A stretch of DNA of 64,000 nucleotides, taken from Candidatus Uhrbacteria bacterium (GTDB lineage: Bacteria; Patescibacteriota; Patescibacteriia; JACRJV01). This document shows, in pieces, positions 26,438-36,564 of the stretch. A program made the translations under genes and the position numbers. The notes under the pieces were generated by a model that saw nothing but the letters and a program-made list of their open reading frames with translations, did no database searches and was not told where the DNA came from. Within the stretch, counting starts at the first letter, position 1. Each line of letters begins with the position of its first letter. The stretch spans positions 3,728-67,727 of the forward strand of contig JACRJV010000007.1 in NCBI GenBank assembly GCA_016215325.1, given 5' to 3'.

Positions 26438-26470
26438 AAAAACATCCCGATGTTCATCGGGATGTTTTTA
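26438..26470 (+). terminator. intrinsic terminator
   Basis: aaaaacatcccgatg-tt-catcgggatgttttt. Confidence 0.75.
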
Positions 26471-26579
26471 ATCATGATCACATCGCTCTCAGCCGTTTGA
26501 CTCGCTCTTCGAATGGCGATTTGTTTCATTTCTGTTTTGCCGATAGATCATATAAGTAACCTTGATGGGCGGGAATGCA

Positions 26580-27387
26580 CTATGCTGCCTCCAATGCTTC
26601 GGATTCGATAGGTGTGGGCGCCGGCCGTTTGGGAGGGCGTCCAAACAACGCCGCAGGGCTGCCCATGTCCAATCGCGGCCACCATACACCGATGATGTTA
26701 GAAATCGGATCCGGGTGGATCAATGTCTGCTTTGCTTTTTCCAGCGGTGCACCCTCTTTGGTTGCGGCGAGCGCGCTGAGTCCAGCGGTCATCCGTTTGT
26801 GGCATTGCCCAATACGATCGATAAGGGGGAAGAGTTGCTTTTGCATCGCGATCACCCACCCCTCTCCCAACTGCCAAGCGTGTCCGCGCTGCTTCTGAAG
26901 AATGGAGTTATACTGCTCAAGAAAACTGGGGTCTCTGCCTTGCTTGTACCAAATCGGGCCGATCCCCCGATCAATTGCTTGCCATTGATCCGGACTCAAT
27001 TCCAAGGCAAAATTCTTTTGGAGATACTGCCGCATGGATCTCTTCATCACCAGCAATCCTACGTCGTACCATATGCCGAACAAATCCCCGGTGGTTCGCG
27101 CTTGTTCAACGGCCACGTCATGCTGCGCTTTGGCGGTCATTACTTCATTAATACTGCGCACCAGTGCCACATACCCCTTGGACTGTTGCTCGATGTCGCC
27201 CTCACGAGAAAAATCCACGTTCAATACATCGGGGTGTTCTTGCACAAGTTGTTGGTACAATTCCATCGCCACGTCGTATCGACGCTGGAGATGATCGAAT
27301 GCCGCCGCGTCCATCGAACGGTACGGCTCCAATGCCGCCGGAATTGCCGAGGTCTCTCGTGTCACCCGTTCCATGGTGTTGCTCATA
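26580..27387 (-). CDS. hypothetical helical protein
   Basis: Long ORF with no recognised motif; start probably MSNTME. Confidence 0.65.
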
Positions 27388-27460
27388 CCAATAGCAATAA
27401 TTAATGTCATTCTTTTATCTTCTGCGATGAGAAGTTGCTAAACTCTATTGTAGGGCCAGA

Positions 27461-28369
27461 CTAGTTTGTTTTTTCTACCTTCTCAAAACAATCGTCCCGC
27501 AATGTTTTATCTTGACGTAGCGTTTTTGTTTCCGGTTGAATTAATGCACAAATCTGGAACGCATGCTGATCAAGGGCGATCCCGTAATAACAGTTATCTT
27601 TACCCGCCTGACTGCTGATGTCATTACAAAGATCGGGCGCGCCTTTCTTCCGCGCTATCGTCCGATAGCAGCTATTGCGCGTTGTCTCTTTTTGAATGAG
27701 TGCGCAGGAATTTGGATCTTGTTTTTCCATGGCAATGATTCCAAACAAACACTCATCTTTCAATGGTATCGTGGGGAGCAAGTTGCAGTACTCCACACTC
27801 TGTTGTTGGTCAGCCACTGCTTGGATACAGATATATTTTATTGCGGACGGAATTTGCGTTTTACATGTTTCTATATTGATGGGTTCTCCCGAGCTGAAAA
27901 GTTTTTTATCATAATTTTTTTCATCTGTTCCTGCCTCTGTAATGCTGCTGCTAAAACACTGCTCTTTTATCTCCGCGTGTGATATTCGTTGGCACAAATC
28001 AGCGTCTTGTTTCTCTATAGCACGATTAATAATGCACTCAATTCGTTTTACTTCAGTGCCACCGCCATAAAAGAACCCGCTCAATGGGGCAAGCGCTTTA
28101 CACGCAGAAAGTGTGGACAGAATCAAAGAAACAGCCCAAGAAAACAGGACGAACCCCCCAATTATCAGACCGATAACACGCCATTTCCTTTTCTTGCCTC
28201 CAGTTAAGGCGGCGTTCGTTGTGTCTTTATCGTTGGATGCCTTTTCTTGCAAGCTTTGTTGAATAGCACTTTCTTCCCAGCCCGCTTCATGAAGAGCGCG
28301 GGCGATTTCTTGATCGCTCATGCCGGATTGACGTGCTTGATGGAAATACTCTTCTAATTGTTGATCCAT
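27461..28369 (-). CDS. membrane-anchored protein with extracellular Cys-repeat domain
   Basis: One TM helix, then about 6 C-x2-I-x6-8-C repeats; small N-terminal cytoplasmic domain ending AGW. Confidence 0.75.
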   Translation of the reverse strand: MDQQLEEYFHQARQSGMSDQEIARALHEAGWEESAIQQSLQEKASNDKDTTNAALTGGKKRKWRVIGLIIGGFVLFSWAVSLILSTLSACKALAPLSGFFYGGGTEVKRIECIINRAIEKQDADLCQRISHAEIKEQCFSSSITEAGTDEKNYDKKLFSSGEPINIETCKTQIPSAIKYICIQAVADQQQSVEYCNLLPTIPLKDECLFGIIAMEKQDPNSCALIQKETTRNSCYRTIARKKGAPDLCNDISSQAGKDNCYYGIALDQHAFQICALIQPETKTLRQDKTLRDDCFEKVEKTN

Positions 28370-28565
28370 AGAAAGGGCAACTTATTAACACTGCTCTGAT
28401 AGTATACTCTATTTTCTCCGCTTTTGTTCTATGTATCAACGTATTAATACGTGAGTACATACCCAATGCCGTTCTCTACTAAAATATTGCTCGGTCTACT
28501 CTTTCGGACTCCGTGGTGATTCAGTGTGAGGGAATTCCATAGAACGTTCCATAGAACGAATGCCG

Positions 28566-28799
28566 TTAAAGTAGCTCCAAAAATTCTTCGATCGAAATCC
28601 CCATATCGTCAATGATGCTCCTGAGCAATGGTTTTTTAATCGTTCGGCCTCCATGCATTGGAATAACTGTTCTTCGGTGACGGGATGGATGAATATAAAC
28701 TGCATGGCTTCCACTTTGTCGATCAAACAAAAAACCAGCGCGTTCCAATGCTCGAGTCACTTCTCGAGCATTGAGTGCCGGCAACTGGGATAACCCCAT
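28566..28799 (-). CDS. hicA: HicA toxin
   Basis: LERAGFLFDRQSGSHAVY...IPMHGG...LRSIIDDMGISIEEFLEL. Confidence 0.92.
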   Translation of the reverse strand: MGLSQLPALNAREVTRALERAGFLFDRQSGSHAVYIHPSRHRRTVIPMHGGRTIKKPLLRSIIDDMGISIEEFLELL

Positions 28800-28803
28800 A
28801 GTG

Positions 28804-29034
28804 TTATGCCGCGAACTCAACCTCCACCGTCCCCTGAAACACTTTTTGCTCTTGCGGCACTGGCTCATGATGCGCTTGGAGACTCTCAATGTACAGCGCG
28901 ATAGCATCTTTAACATTTGCCTCGGCTTCTTCTAGTGTTTCCCCTTGTGTATGACAACCCGGCAATGTGGGCACAAAAGCCGTAACACCTCCTTCAAGAT
29001 CGTACTGATAGATAACCGAATATCGATAACTCAT
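28804..29034 (-). CDS. hicB: HicB antitoxin (short form)
   Basis: VPTLPGCHTQGETLEEAEANVKDAIALY. Confidence 0.92.
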   Translation of the reverse strand: MSYRYSVIYQYDLEGGVTAFVPTLPGCHTQGETLEEAEANVKDAIALYIESLQAHHEPVPQEQKVFQGTVEVEFAA

Positions 29035-29071
29035 ATACTTTTAGCGTATCACAACGAACGATGTCGTCAAC

Positions 29072-29962
29072 TTACATTGCTCGCAGACGCTTTATCCGCT
29101 CTTCAAGAGGTGGATGCGTGGAAAACAAATTCGTCAATTTCTTTGCCGAAAATGGGCTGGAGAAAAAGAGATGCGCCGTCGCATTGTTAGCGCTGGCCAT
29201 CGGCCGATTTTGCGCCCCGATTTTTTCCAAAGCCCGCGCAAGACCCTCAGGGTAGCGAGTGAGCAACGCTCCGCTGGCATCCGCCAAAAACTCCCGCTTG
29301 CGACTGACCGCGAGTTTAATGAGTTCTGCAATAATGGGCGAGAGGATCAGAAGCGCTATTCCAATAATCATGAGTGCAGGGTTGCCGCCTCGACTATCAC
29401 GATCCCGACCGCGGCCGCCAAACCAAAACTGGCTGCGGATGAACCAATCCGACAAAATCGAAATAATGCCGACCATGATAATGACAATGGTCATTACGCG
29501 GATATCATAATTGCCGACGTGGCTCAACTCGTGTGCAAGTACTCCTTCGAGTTCTTCGTTTTCGAGCCGCTCGATGGCTCCGGTGGTAACGGCAACCGAT
29601 GCATGGCTCGGGTCGCGGCCGGTGGCAAACGCGTTGATCGCCGGATCTTGGATCACATAGACTTTTGGTTGAGGAAGTCCCGCGGTAATCGCCAAATTCT
29701 CAACCATATTCACAATGTATGGATTGTCGGACTTTGTCACCGGATGGGCGCCACTCACAGCCAACGCCACTTTGTCGCCGGTATAGTAACTCACCATTGC
29801 CATCAAAATCGAAAACGCGCTAGCCATCACCACGAATTCGATGCCATATCCGTAGATGGTCCGCAAAAAATAGACCACCCCGGTGATAAAAGCGATATAG
29901 ACCGCAATGAGCATTGCGGTCTTGCGTTTATTCGAAGCGATGTGGGTATAAAGAGTTGCCAT
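29072..29962 (-). CDS. htpX: M48 zinc metalloprotease HtpX
   Basis: NAFATGR, AHELSH, SRKREFLAD, FSTHPP. Confidence 0.95.
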   Translation of the reverse strand: MATLYTHIASNKRKTAMLIAVYIAFITGVVYFLRTIYGYGIEFVVMASAFSILMAMVSYYTGDKVALAVSGAHPVTKSDNPYIVNMVENLAITAGLPQPKVYVIQDPAINAFATGRDPSHASVAVTTGAIERLENEELEGVLAHELSHVGNYDIRVMTIVIIMVGIISILSDWFIRSQFWFGGRGRDRDSRGGNPALMIIGIALLILSPIIAELIKLAVSRKREFLADASGALLTRYPEGLARALEKIGAQNRPMASANNATAHLFFSSPFSAKKLTNLFSTHPPLEERIKRLRAM

Positions 29963-29972
29963 GGTAAGAGTG

Positions 29973-30359
29973 TTATGCTGCTTTGAGGAGGTCCACAGGG
30001 ACCCCTTCTTCCGCTAATCGTTCTTTTGCAAATTCGACCATTTCCCGATCAGCTCTTGCAAAAAATTCTGTATTTGGGTCATCGACGCCGCGGGCAGTGA
30101 GTGTTCTTGGATCATCCTCCGAAGAGTAGGCGGGAGAACTCTTCTTGGCCCGTCGATCCTGGGCCGTTACGCCTTCGAGGAGAGCAATAAATCGCTCAGG
30201 AGTATATTCTTGATGAGATTCCTTCGATATGATCACAACATTCCCTCTGCGCCGCTCAATCTGATACTGATGGTTGAAACGATCTCGTACTGTCTGTCGC
30301 AAGGCGCTTTCACTCTCTGTCGCTTTTGGCTGTTGATAAAGCCCGCGATGTTCTCCCAT
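29973..30359 (-). CDS. hypothetical protein inserted between lemA and htpX
   Basis: 128-aa ORF filling the spacer. Confidence 0.6.
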   Translation of the reverse strand: MGEHRGLYQQPKATESESALRQTVRDRFNHQYQIERRRGNVVIISKESHQEYTPERFIALLEGVTAQDRRAKKSSPAYSSEDDPRTLTARGVDDPNTEFFARADREMVEFAKERLAEEGVPVDLLKAA

Positions 30360-30380
30360 ATGATTACTGTTTAAATGTCA

Positions 30381-30950
30381 TTAAAATTTCACTTTTACAT
30401 TCTCTCGCTGCTTGGCATCCTCAATCTCGAAAAACTTTTCTTCGCTAAAACCGAACATGCCGGCCATCGTATTGGTCGGGAACGTTTGGATGGCGGTGTT
30501 GTAATCGCGGACATTACCGTTGTAGAACCGTCGAGCGGCTTGAATTTTATTTTCAGTATCAGAGAGTTCATCTTGGAGCTTCAAAAAGTTCGTATTAGCC
30601 TTGAGATCTGGGTAGGCCTCCGACAGTGCAAAGATGGACTTGAGTGCTCCGGTGAGCATATTCTCGCTCTGTGCCATGTCCTCGGGCGTTGCTCCTTTTT
30701 TATCGTGCACCTGCATAGCGCTGTTGCGCGCTTGAATCACGCGCTCCAATGTTTCTTTTTCATGAGCGGCATACCCCTTCACCGTTTCAACGAGATTCGG
30801 GATAAGATCGTACCGGCGTTTGAGCTGCACATCAATATCGCTCCATGCTTCTTTCACCTGCATGCGGGCTCGCACAAGGCCGTTATACATCCCCACCATC
30901 CAAACACCGATAAGAATAAGTACGATAATAAAAATCCAAAAACCACTCAT
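30381..30950 (-). CDS. lemA: LemA family protein
   Basis: AWSDIDVQLKRRYDLIPNLVETVKGYAAHE, EAYPDLKAN. Confidence 0.96.
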   Translation of the reverse strand: MSGFWIFIIVLILIGVWMVGMYNGLVRARMQVKEAWSDIDVQLKRRYDLIPNLVETVKGYAAHEKETLERVIQARNSAMQVHDKKGATPEDMAQSENMLTGALKSIFALSEAYPDLKANTNFLKLQDELSDTENKIQAARRFYNGNVRDYNTAIQTFPTNTMAGMFGFSEEKFFEIEDAKQRENVKVKF

Positions 30951-31088
30951 AAGGTTATTCCTTAATAGAGACAAATAGATGCCTATTCTAAAAAACATCT
31001 CCCTCTATCCTATCACCATTGCCTGGGACTTTTCAATAGTGAGTGACAACGTGTGGGGGCAACGGTGTGCTGGAGGAGTGTGGCGTAC

Positions 31089-32480
31089 TTACGGCAGGAG
31101 TAATGGAGGGAGGACGGCATCAATAACACGAATGGACGTTTCGTCACTGCCATACCCCACAACCGATCCTGTAATACGATGGTCTCCGCTGCCCTCTGGC
31201 GTAGCGACACGGAATACCCACGTGCGAGAAGTGTTGGCATCAATCGTGATCAGGGTGATTTCGTCCGGGCAAACAAGGGCGGGCGGGACTTGATTATCAA
31301 TCATCATCGTCGCAGGGCACCCGGATGGGATATTGAGTTTAACAGAATGGTCAGATTGATTGGCCGCGCTCACTGTCACGATCATCTGCTGCCCGGCGGT
31401 ATATTGCGGGCGATCGGTTATGACTTTTACTCGGACGAATGTCGAAACATCTGCGGACTCGATGGAGGAAGAACCTTTGGGGGCAGCGACGCTGGATAAT
31501 TTGTTCTGGGCATTGATGAGTTCTTCCGCCTCCAACGCAGATCGTTGTGCATCGCGCAATGAAGTAATCGCCCGACGATCGTCTTGTTCATCGAACTTCT
31601 GTACCCCCGCACTCAGTTGATCTTTTGCGCGTTCAACGCGTTCGATGACCTTCTCGCGCACAGGAGAAGGGCCCGATTGTTTGAGCAATGCTTCTGCCTT
31701 GGAAACAGTGTTTTGAGCGATCGTTTGGCGACGGACAATATTCTCTCGTTGTTGTTTTTTATCGCTGCGAATCTCGCCTTCGATATCCTTGGACGCAGAT
31801 GCAACGGCTTTGGATTGATCCTCAAGAGAGATGCGCAGCGGTGAGAGGAGAGCACTCGTTGGCCCAGCCCCGAGTGTCTCTAATATCACAGTATGCGCCC
31901 GCAGAGTTGCCTCAAATTGCGTGCTCAAGTCGTCAGCAATATCCACATCCTGTTGGTCTTTTAACGTCGCCAACGTCACCTGGACGGCCTGTGTATGTTT
32001 GAGAAAACGCTGCTGAAGATCGGCTTGCGTGTCGGTATCTAATCTCTTTTGTGCGGCCAACTGTTCCGCTTCCTCCAAGCGGGCCCGAGCGCGATCTTTT
32101 TGCCATTGCCCCTTTGCCGACAGCGATACTCGCGTCGCGCCTTTGATGGGCTCCACAATATTCACTTTGAGTGGATACAATCGATCCCCTGGCAATGCCC
32201 GCTCTGCCGCAAGCACCCCTTGGCGGCCAATACCAATCACCACAACCAACGCTAGCGCGAATGCCGCTATGGGCTTACGTGACCACAGCGTCCAGGGCGA
32301 GGCGGGAGACACGAGAACATCCTGTGGCGGATGCTGTCCAATAAATTCAGTAATCACCATTCGGGTTTGTTCTTGTTCAGAATTCGTTAACCGCAACCTC
32401 CGAGCATCCCGAACAAGATCATCCATCCCCGGGATAGAGTTTGTCCGCCGCCGAAATAGTGATTGTATCCATTGAATCAT
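31089..32480 (-). CDS. putative anti-sigma factor: TM + DUF5667-like helical domain + C-terminal Ig-like domain
   Basis: AAERALPGDRLYPLK...RLEEA; directly downstream of the ECF sigma. Confidence 0.75.
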   Translation of the reverse strand: MIQWIQSLFRRRTNSIPGMDDLVRDARRLRLTNSEQEQTRMVITEFIGQHPPQDVLVSPASPWTLWSRKPIAAFALALVVVIGIGRQGVLAAERALPGDRLYPLKVNIVEPIKGATRVSLSAKGQWQKDRARARLEEAEQLAAQKRLDTDTQADLQQRFLKHTQAVQVTLATLKDQQDVDIADDLSTQFEATLRAHTVILETLGAGPTSALLSPLRISLEDQSKAVASASKDIEGEIRSDKKQQRENIVRRQTIAQNTVSKAEALLKQSGPSPVREKVIERVERAKDQLSAGVQKFDEQDDRRAITSLRDAQRSALEAEELINAQNKLSSVAAPKGSSSIESADVSTFVRVKVITDRPQYTAGQQMIVTVSAANQSDHSVKLNIPSGCPATMMIDNQVPPALVCPDEITLITIDANTSRTWVFRVATPEGSGDHRITGSVVGYGSDETSIRVIDAVLPPLLLP

Positions 32481-32498
32481 ATAAGAAATTTTATTTGT

Positions 32499-33047
32499 TT
32501 ATTGATTTACTTGTTGCAACAGAACTTTTCGCAGTTGGGCAATCGCGCGATGGATGCGGACCGAAACCACATTCGGAGTTTCATCAACAATCTTGGCGAT
32601 TTCTCTCGGGCTCAAGCCATCCACGAATCGCATGATAATCACTTCTTTGTACGGCCCGTCCAACTGCTCGACAGCTTCTAACGCTTGCTTGCCATCGATG
32701 TGGTCCATGAGCGTTGTTCGATGATCGACACCGGGCTCATACACGAGCTGTTCTGATGGAGGAGCATAGGGATCGGCGCTGCTGCCCATGGCATGCTGCT
32801 CAAGCGAAACATCTTTCTTTTTTCGATATTCATCAATCACTAAGTTATTCACCACGCGATACAGAAACGTCTTGACGCTGCGGATTTCCTTCCCATCAAT
32901 ATTGTACTTCCATGCCCGCAAGAATGCTTCCTGCATCAACTCCCGCGCTCGTTCGCGATTGCTGATGCGATAATAACAATGCCGAAACAATGGGTCGGCG
33001 AGCATTTCGTAGGCTTCCATGAATTGTCGCTGGGTAAGCATAGGCAT
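32499..33047 (-). CDS. ECF-type RNA polymerase sigma factor
   Basis: QEAFLRAWKY, FLYRVVNNLVIDEYRK, LSPREIA...VSVRIHRA. Confidence 0.95.
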   Translation of the reverse strand: MPMLTQRQFMEAYEMLADPLFRHCYYRISNRERARELMQEAFLRAWKYNIDGKEIRSVKTFLYRVVNNLVIDEYRKKKDVSLEQHAMGSSADPYAPPSEQLVYEPGVDHRTTLMDHIDGKQALEAVEQLDGPYKEVIIMRFVDGLSPREIAKIVDETPNVVSVRIHRAIAQLRKVLLQQVNQ

Positions 33048-33177
33048 GGGATTCAGTGATCCTCATCCTTTTAGGATACGCCGCCCCTTATCCTCCACGC
33101 AAGAGGCCCTGGATCCAACAATTCCTCTGCCGCGTGGGCAGGGGAATTGTGCATCACCGCTCTTGTGACGTCGTGTG

Positions 33178-33606
33178 CTATGGCAGCACGCGGACAGTTA
33201 CGGTTGCGTTCCCATATCCATTGACCCATCCGGTCAGGCTATGCCACCCTGGCCCGATCCCTTTGTCAAAGTACATCACCCAATTCACTGTTTGCCCAGG
33301 CGCAATGGTCAGCGACCCTATATTCGGATCGCAATGCCACAATAACTGTTGCCAATCCAGGCTTAACCCCGCATCACATCCCATCGGGTGGCTCACGACA
33401 ACAGTGCTGTCCGAAATGTTGGTGAGCGATATGGTCACTCGGGGGGCATCCCCCACGAAGTACACATCGGAATCGGTCGTGACGCTAATAGTGAGCGTTC
33501 GGCGCATCTCAGGACGAGTCGCCGGGTTCACAGCAGCACTCACCGGCAGGACAATCAGGGCAAAGGCGGCTGTTGTGATGATTGCAATGATTCGTTTCAT
33601 AGGCAC
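33178..33606 (-). CDS. secreted Ig-like protein paralogous to the anti-sigma C-terminal domain
   Basis: Signal peptide; V.TD...Y..G...VT.S..N.SD..V....P.GC...C...TI...W...G.H..TG.V.GYG shared with 31089-32480. Confidence 0.75.
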   Translation of the reverse strand: MPMKRIIAIITTAAFALIVLPVSAAVNPATRPEMRRTLTISVTTDSDVYFVGDAPRVTISLTNISDSTVVVSHPMGCDAGLSLDWQQLLWHCDPNIGSLTIAPGQTVNWVMYFDKGIGPGWHSLTGWVNGYGNATVTVRVLP

Positions 33607-33695
33607 TCTTGGCGCTCAAGGAGTAGTAATCTCAAATTCATGGAACAGTGTCATCGACCTTTGCCCCTCCTCGATCGACCGTTCACAAATACAAA

Positions 33696-33722
33696 CGACG
33701 GCTGTCTGCCGTCGTTCTTACA
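33696..33722 (-). promoter_or_regulatory. putative ECF sigma promoter
   Basis: TGTAAG-N16-CGTCG upstream of the Ig-sigma-antisigma unit. Confidence 0.55.
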
Positions 33723-33748
33723 AACGCCGCTCATCGTTACTGTGCATG

Positions 33749-34672
33749 TTACTCAATGTTTGTTTTGTACTGAAAACACTGTCGGCCGGATGGATGCTGC
33801 TCTAGTGGACCAAAATCTAACGGAGGCGCTTTCTCGATTATGGGAGCAAGCCGGGGCTGTTTGGGCATAGTTCGGTATTCTGCATCCAATGCAAATGTTG
33901 CGCAAAGCTCGAATTTCACATCGCTCAACCGACGATATTCATACGATTGGTTTGTTTGAGGATCGTCAAGCGGCAGGTAGGAAAAGTTTTGCTCAAATTG
34001 CGCTTGATCGTTGGGCAACGTCCGCTTTTGCTGCGGGTCCGAAACGCGATAGACAATGTCTTGCGCGATGGTGCGCAGGCTCTCTACCCGTTGGCTGTCC
34101 CACGCCAACAGCCGTCGTGTTTTCGGCGAGCCAACAACCCAAAATCCTGCGATAACCGTAGCCAGCACCACGCCAATTGTTGCCCCCAACACCGTGCGAG
34201 TAATCGATGAGCTTACGGGTCGTTCCCGACGAATGTCCCACAGATAAAAACTGAAAATAGACCCGGCAATAATCAAAATGGAAAGCGCTTTCAAAAAAAA
34301 TCGCAGGGTAAAATCGCCATTGAGGTACACTTGCAAAACGGCAATGAGGTCAACGATGCCGACGATGGCGGTCAAAAAAATAGTGAAGTATATCAGCCAC
34401 TTCCGCAGCGCTCGCCCAGGATCCATGGTTTGATTGGTAAACGATCGACGAATCCACCAGGAGAGGCCCAGATACACCGGGGCGGCCACGACGAGTGCCG
34501 ACAATCCCCCGGTGATCGCCTGCGGGTAGAACACTTCCCCCACTCCCGCCGGCGATGCGGTCCACCGGTTAATGAGGGCAAACCAAACATTGCCGAGCGC
34601 CGTGGAAGCGATCGCCAATACCACAAATTGCAGCAGGTAGAGAAATGTATCGCGAGAAGTATGGCTTTGCAT
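33749..34672 (-). CDS. DUF5671-like membrane protein
   Basis: FLYLLQF..., LRKWLIYFTIF...DLI, GSP...R...D..R...L, DPQT..SYEY...FELCATF. Confidence 0.75.
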   Translation of the reverse strand: MQSHTSRDTFLYLLQFVVLAIASTALGNVWFALINRWTASPAGVGEVFYPQAITGGLSALVVAAPVYLGLSWWIRRSFTNQTMDPGRALRKWLIYFTIFLTAIVGIVDLIAVLQVYLNGDFTLRFFLKALSILIIAGSIFSFYLWDIRRERPVSSSITRTVLGATIGVVLATVIAGFWVVGSPKTRRLLAWDSQRVESLRTIAQDIVYRVSDPQQKRTLPNDQAQFEQNFSYLPLDDPQTNQSYEYRRLSDVKFELCATFALDAEYRTMPKQPRLAPIIEKAPPLDFGPLEQHPSGRQCFQYKTNIE

Positions 34673-34675
34673 AAT

Positions 34676-35344
34676 TTACTGGTTAACGGCGGCGGCGAAC
34701 GCATCATACACCGCCTGCGGGTCGCGGGCATCACGGATCTTGGAACCAACGACGAGTGATTCGGCGCCGGATTTTGCCAGCTTTTGAGCACGTTCATCTT
34801 CGAGACTGACGGCCCCGTCGACCGTAATACTTAATTGCGGAAACTTCCGGTGCAATTCTGCCACGCGATCAAATGTACTTGCTTCGAAGGGATTCCCTTG
34901 TGCGCCCGGCACAACCCCCATAACCATCACTCCGTCAACCTGGCCGATGTACTCATCAACAACATCGACGGCAGTATCAGGATTTATTGCAACAATAACG
35001 GATTTATTGTTCGATCGAACCATTTCGGCAAAGGAAAGTACTTCTGCTGAGCCAATTTCATGATGAATGATCATGGCGCTCACCGTATCGCAATCGAGCA
35101 GCGGGGGGATCCACTGCCGCAACTCATCGGGTGTGAGCATAAAATGCACCTGATATTGCAAGCCCAATATATCATTAGAAAGAACTTCTTCCAGGGCGCC
35201 GGCGTCAAACGTGACTGCTTCTCCATCCACCAGCGCACCGGTAACGTCAATGTGTAAAAACGGCGAAATCATGCTCATCCGTTCAATTTCCGATTCGAGC
35301 GTTTCTTTATTGAGTTGCAAGACGGCGGGAATGATGGTGACCAT
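34676..35344 (-). CDS. rpe: ribulose-phosphate 3-epimerase family protein
   Basis: IIPAVL, HIDV, VHFM, AINPDT, VMGVVPGAQG, VDG, LVVGS. Confidence 0.85.
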   Translation of the reverse strand: MVTIIPAVLQLNKETLESEIERMSMISPFLHIDVTGALVDGEAVTFDAGALEEVLSNDILGLQYQVHFMLTPDELRQWIPPLLDCDTVSAMIIHHEIGSAEVLSFAEMVRSNNKSVIVAINPDTAVDVVDEYIGQVDGVMVMGVVPGAQGNPFEASTFDRVAELHRKFPQLSITVDGAVSLEDERAQKLAKSGAESLVVGSKIRDARDPQAVYDAFAAAVNQ

Positions 35345-35361
35345 AGGCGAGGTTCTCGATT

Positions 35362-35859
35362 CTAGGAAACTTTTTCGATCTTTCGTATTCTGCGCTCATG
35401 TCGCTTCTGTTTGAGGTATACTGTTTTAAGCCAGATCATAATGGCTTTCTCTGCTTGGTTATTGGTGACAAAACGCGCCCCGATCGATAAAACATTAGCA
35501 TTGTTATGCTGGCGCGACAAACGGAGGATTTCATAGGGGTCGGCGCTGCGTCGCCCTGATACATCAACAGCACTCACTGCGGGACGCCCCCCGTAAAACA
35601 CTGCCGCCCGAACAGAAGGGAATCGATTGGCGACGATCGCTTCGCCTTGACCAGAACCGCCAATAACAATTGCCATGGAACTGTTCGGATGCTTCGAAAC
35701 CGCCAAAGCCGCTTTGGCAATGTAATCCGGGTAGTCATCATCTTTATCATACACAGAATTACCAACGTCAACAACAGTATATTTCCGTTTCTCCAACACG
35801 CGGGACAAATGCTTTTTCAATGCGAACCCACCATGGTCGGCGGCGATGAATATCTTCAT
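35362..35859 (-). CDS. rpiB: ribose-5-phosphate isomerase B
   Basis: IAADHGGFALK, DDYPD, GGSGQGEAIVANR, SRQHNNANVL, RHERRI. Confidence 0.93.
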   Translation of the reverse strand: MKIFIAADHGGFALKKHLSRVLEKRKYTVVDVGNSVYDKDDDYPDYIAKAALAVSKHPNSSMAIVIGGSGQGEAIVANRFPSVRAAVFYGGRPAVSAVDVSGRRSADPYEILRLSRQHNNANVLSIGARFVTNNQAEKAIMIWLKTVYLKQKRHERRIRKIEKVS

Positions 35860-35861
35860 AC

Positions 35862-35946
35862 GAGCACGATAAGTGAATTAAGCAAGATAAGCCCGGCCGT
35901 CGCCACAGCTTAATTTACTTATTTTACTTATCTCGCTTATCTTGCT
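35862..35946. repeat. nonamer-repeat hairpin element, copy 2
   Basis: 39-nt arm identical to 14228-14266. Confidence 0.8.
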
Positions 35947-36563
35947 TAACCAGATCCATTTTTCCGTCTATACTTCTGCGCGTCCTTTATTTCCACCTTT
36001 TCTTTTTTGATCATCTCAATCACTTTGGCCACCAACCGTTTCGGGTTACTATCATAAACAACCTTCCCGTTGCCCTTGTGAGCACGCTCAACAATATCCT
36101 TGATCATGTCTGCCATGCCACCAGTCCCCGTAAGGATCCCTTGCGGCTTGTTGTCTTCAAACGCAATCGTAAATTCGTTGAGCGTTCCGATCCGACCGCA
36201 CACAGTGATCACCGCATCCGATGCTCTGGTTAAAATGAGGTTACGGCCCGAGTAATCAAAACCAGTGTAAATGATCATGTCAAAGTAATCCGTCGGGAGC
36301 CGGTAGCTTTTGACATGCGCTAATTCTGTTGCCGCTGGCGAGATGCCAATAGAAATTCCACCTTCCTGCTTGGCTCCTATTGCTGCCCAATACGGCGCGC
36401 CGGTCGTGGCCCCGCTCACGAGGATCCCGCCTTGGCGCACAATTTCCCGTCCCACCTCGACGGTTTTTTCATAGGCACCGGGGGCCGCTGAAGTAGTGTC
36501 CGCAGAACCGGAAACGCAAATTTTGTATTTGAGATAGGATTGAGGGATCGAATCTTGACTCAT
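35946..36563 (-). CDS. LOG/SLOG-family Rossmann nucleotide-binding protein
   Basis: VSGATTG, IGISP, GRNLIL..ASDAVI, GRIGTLNEF. Confidence 0.82.
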   Translation of the reverse strand: MSQDSIPQSYLKYKICVSGSADTTSAAPGAYEKTVEVGREIVRQGGILVSGATTGAPYWAAIGAKQEGGISIGISPAATELAHVKSYRLPTDYFDMIIYTGFDYSGRNLILTRASDAVITVCGRIGTLNEFTIAFEDNKPQGILTGTGGMADMIKDIVERAHKGNGKVVYDSNPKRLVAKVIEMIKKEKVEIKDAQKYRRKNGSG

Positions 36564-36564
36564 A

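Noticed and set aside
28535-28558. 12-nt direct repeat ttccatagaacg x2 downstream of hicA
   Set aside because: Only two copies with no supporting context; could be chance or slippage
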